NCBI GenBank assembly: GCA_964199315.1
Contig: OZ116702.1
Location: forward strand, 11,656,001-11,720,000
Direction of reading: 5' to 3'
Length of the DNA stretch: 64,000 nucleotides
From: Orbicella franksi
Taxonomy: Eukaryota
Notes under the pieces: generated by a model
What the model saw: only the letters and a program-made list of their open reading frames with translations
Databases searched by the model: none
Told to the model about the DNA's origin: nothing
Translations under genes and position numbers: made by a program
In this document: positions 60,812-64,000 of the stretch, piece by piece
How the letters are laid out: every line of letters begins with the position of its first letter
How positions within the stretch are numbered: position 1 is the first letter of the stretch

Positions 60812-61106
60812 AGGGTAAAGTCTACATACGAGCCAAGTGGCCCATCAAGCCGGAGCTTATCCCGGTTACTGTAGCATGAATCGACCAGGAATCTTTCTAC
60901 TCTCCCCTGGATGGGATGCTACTCCATCGCAGGGTTACTCCCAGCATTAAATTGGCCGGTACCCATTTGTACACCTGGGTATAGAGAGAGGCACTGTGAG
61001 AATAAAGTGTCTTGCCCAAGAGCACAACACAATGTCGCCGAACGACTCGAACACGGACTGCTCGATCCGGAGTCGAGCTTGATAATCATGAGGCCACCGG
61101 GGCTCC
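60812..61106 (-). mobile_element. tRNA-derived SINE with CORE-like central domain
   Basis: Minus strand: A-box-like TGGCCTCATGA, B-box GTTCGAGTC (plus 61044-61052), then CTTGGGCAAGACACTTT..GTGCCTCTCTC..TGTACAAATGGG resembling the MIR/CORE domain, and a short ..ACTTTACCCTTTT tail. Confidence 0.85.
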
Positions 61107-63424
61107 AAGACTGCCAAGCATATACCACATTTTTGAAAAGCCACGGAAAGAAGAGGACTTGGTTTCTGATGTCAAGAAGAGTAAAGGTTGTCAATGAGCA
61201 TGATTTTGAAGAGTGAATAGGGTAGGATACCTCACGCTTAACAACAAATCGTGCACACTGTCTGGACTGGCTATACTACCTTATACCTACACCAACCAAA
61301 TCCGGAATTCTGCCAAATGCAAAATATTTTGAACAATGAACGTTTTGATGATGATTAACTAAAAAAATGCTCTTACTTTTATGATTTGCTTAGGATTAAG
61401 ATGATTAATTAGATAAAATGCAAGATTACCTGTTTCACCTCTAATCTGGCGGGTGTGTACAGCGTCTGATAAATAAAGCAATCGACGGCAAGTTTCAAGG
61501 CCCAATTATAAGAAGCTCCCGATATTGCAATTGACAGGTTCAATTGGTCTTCTTTACTTGAATCGAATCGAACTACGATCAATCAATCTTCTTTTCGCCT
61601 ACAATGTAAGCTCAGTGGATATAAAACTACAATAGTTACTTAAAATAAAAAGCAAGTCCTTTTTATAGGAGCTAATCCTATTTTTAGTATTTTCACAAGG
61701 CAAGTGTGATGATCAACGACATTTTACGCAGCAGAAACCAAAAATGAAACTAAATCATCGTGGCAGTCTTACTTGAACTCTGATGATAAAATACTTAGTA
61801 CAATTCGTAAGAAAGATCGCAAAGGTTTTACAGTTAAATACTAAGTTTAATTACTTTATACTTGTCAAAATTCAAAAGGCACATTTAATGAAGATAAATC
61901 GGTCTGACTAATACAAAATCCAGTTTTAATTGATGATTTTATTAGAAATTCTGGGTCAGCATCTAACTTATCACAGCCCGTCAATATCACCAAGAAAGCA
62001 CTCGATTACAAAATTCAAGTTCTTAGCAATTCTGTTGCGGAAAAGTTATTCGAAGCTAAATATTCCCACGGAAGCCATTTCGAGCGACGAATGTCATTGT
62101 GTCGATGCCCTTTGGGCATATGTTGGAAGCCACAAAAGCGCAGCCAGGTATAAATCACGCAAAATAAAACTAGCGGAACCCTGACTCCTTCAGACAGCAA
62201 GGTTATTGCTTCAAATTAATATCGATATCAAGAGAGATACCATCTACCATGCATGGCAAACGCATCAAAAACAGTGTTCAGTGGCTCATAATAGAAAGCC
62301 GTCGGGTTGCTGCCTTGAAGGCGAAAGTGTAACAGCGGTGTATCGGGATGAAGCGAGGGTAAGGTGAGGGCGTACTGAAGGAATACAACAGGCATGGCAG
62401 GGGTGTAGTGAGGGTGTGTTCATGGCCACGCAATGAAAACAATGTAAATTTTTTCGTTGATTATATGGATTTTAAAGCACGTTTGTTAATTTAGAAAAGC
62501 TAAGGACAGCTTTTTTTGTTTTTCGTTGGCATCAGGGGGTTCAAGTATCTTTACCGAACAGTCTTCATCTAGTAATGTTAGAGAATAAATCTCTCTTGTT
62601 ACTCGTTGCATACGTTACGTAACTTTTAATCGACTCCGGTTAAGCATTCAGCCAAACCAAATTTCGATGACGTATATGGCTTATAGAGATTTGTTGAGTC
62701 ATTAGCGTTTGGAAAGCGCCTTCAAGTGCGTAATGACCTAAGGTAGCTAGGACTTGCGTAATTCCAAACCTCCTTCGTCTGAGACCTGATCATACTATTC
62801 AATGAGACTCCTAAGCTAAAAGAAGTTGATTTCCTGAAGGTAATATCCTTATCGATTCTCCGGCTTCTTTTGTGAAAAACCGGAACAAATAACTCAACTC
62901 TTCAAGGTACTTGTGCCCCGAGGCATGACTCTGGCCGAGGAGACCCCTTGGTTTGTGACTATGCAGTACTTATTTTAGCACAACGATAAAATACGTACCT
63001 TCTTTACACTCGCGAACACAACCAAGTTAACAACTGAACAAAGCTTTTAGTCGTTGGCGCCCTCGTTGGCCAAAGGGGTTTTCTTTGATGACTAAACTGT
63101 ACTAAACCTTTATCGGTAATTGCCGTGGGCCGACAGTTTCTGAGCCTAAAGTTGCGAGATTGTGGTCGAGTTACGTGGTTAGAATTTAATTACAACGTCA
63201 TTGTTTTTAATAATTCACGTGATGTTCTTAATCCAGTGGAATGAAAACAACGTTTTTCCAATGATGCTCTCCTCGGGAAGATTTCCATACATTTGTAAAG
63301 GAGAGTATATCACTTCATTTCTGGGTGAACAGTTAACGCTCAAAAGGTCAACTAGCTTTATCGATATCTATAGTATTATTTTAATAATACTGTCGGTAAA
63401 GATAAAACATTCAAGGTAACTTAA

Positions 63425-63978
63425 GAACGTTCGCGCCCATTCACGGTTTCTGCGCATCCTTACTGCGCACATAATTCATGTCCCAACGTCACACACGTCG
63501 TACATCATGCGCGTGCGCTAAGCAACAACGGAATATAAGCAAGCGTAGGGCTTGGTACCGGTTGTGTTTAATTCACCTGCAGTTTACTTTCTTAAATGGT
63601 TGGTGAGCCCCTCTTTTCTTTTCATAAATCACTTCCTTCACTGATTTTCTCTATTATAACAAGAAGTTCCGAATATTTTGCTTTTTCTTCTCTTGTGTGA
63701 CCGAAGTTTTCTTTGAATGTGGACCGGCAAGACTAAAGTATTCTTTGTCAAGGCCTATTCCACCTGAAAGAACGACATCAGCTGCAGACGTTTACTTAAT
63801 AAACTTAGTTTAGTTGAGTACATTTACATCAGTGATGTAAATGTGACTAAAGCAGCTCCCTCTATTGCAGATAGTTGTAAGCTAAGATCGTTTTAAGACG
63901 GAAAAAGCTTCTTAAAACCAATGGTCTTCAGTGCGCCTTCTCTCTAAAACGAGTACGGTATTTTGGCCGCGAACGTCC
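63425..63978. mobile_element. Kolobok-like MITE (TTAA TSD), 554 bp
   Basis: TTAA|GAACGTTCGCG ... CGCGAACGTCC|TTAA (10/11 TIR match); sub-terminal motifs shared with 22701-23150. Confidence 0.8.
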
Positions 63979-64000
63979 TTAAGTACACACCGTGATTTGA

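Noticed and set aside
60911-61216. Four overlapping ORFs of 61-101 aa
   Set aside because: All lie within or read out of the GC-rich SINE.

Overview
AT-rich, intron-containing animal genomic DNA. It is most likely an anthozoan/stony coral, inferred from the repeat families and gene types; no prokaryotic features, CRISPR arrays or rRNA/tRNA genes were seen. I could build four protein-coding genes by hand from GT-AG exons. (1) The last four coding exons of an ankyrin-repeat gene (+, 1734-5059). (2) A 14-exon, ~1393-1404 aa secreted mosaic protein: signal peptide - 5xCUB - 2xF5/8C (discoidin) - CUB - trypsin-fold domain with catalytic Ser changed to Gly and no activation site, i.e. a pseudoprotease (+, 8574-23797). 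(3) A two-exon PRSS23-like protease with an intact triad (+, 29184-32116). (4) A single-coding-exon, 119-aa, 11-cysteine cystine-knot hormone-like protein of the bursicon/Norrin cysteine pattern (-, 38686-39045). The distal 20 kb has no intact gene I can support. It holds a decayed multi-exon FN3-like gene, a degenerate class-B/adhesion-GPCR-like fragment, a tRNA-derived SINE, and a three-layer transposon nest whose middle layer is a 3.1-kb foldback element with ~930-bp arms (~99% identical outside, ~80% inside). Many MITEs with clear TIR/TSD signatures sit in introns and intergenic DNA. All alignments and family calls were made by eye, without database searches.
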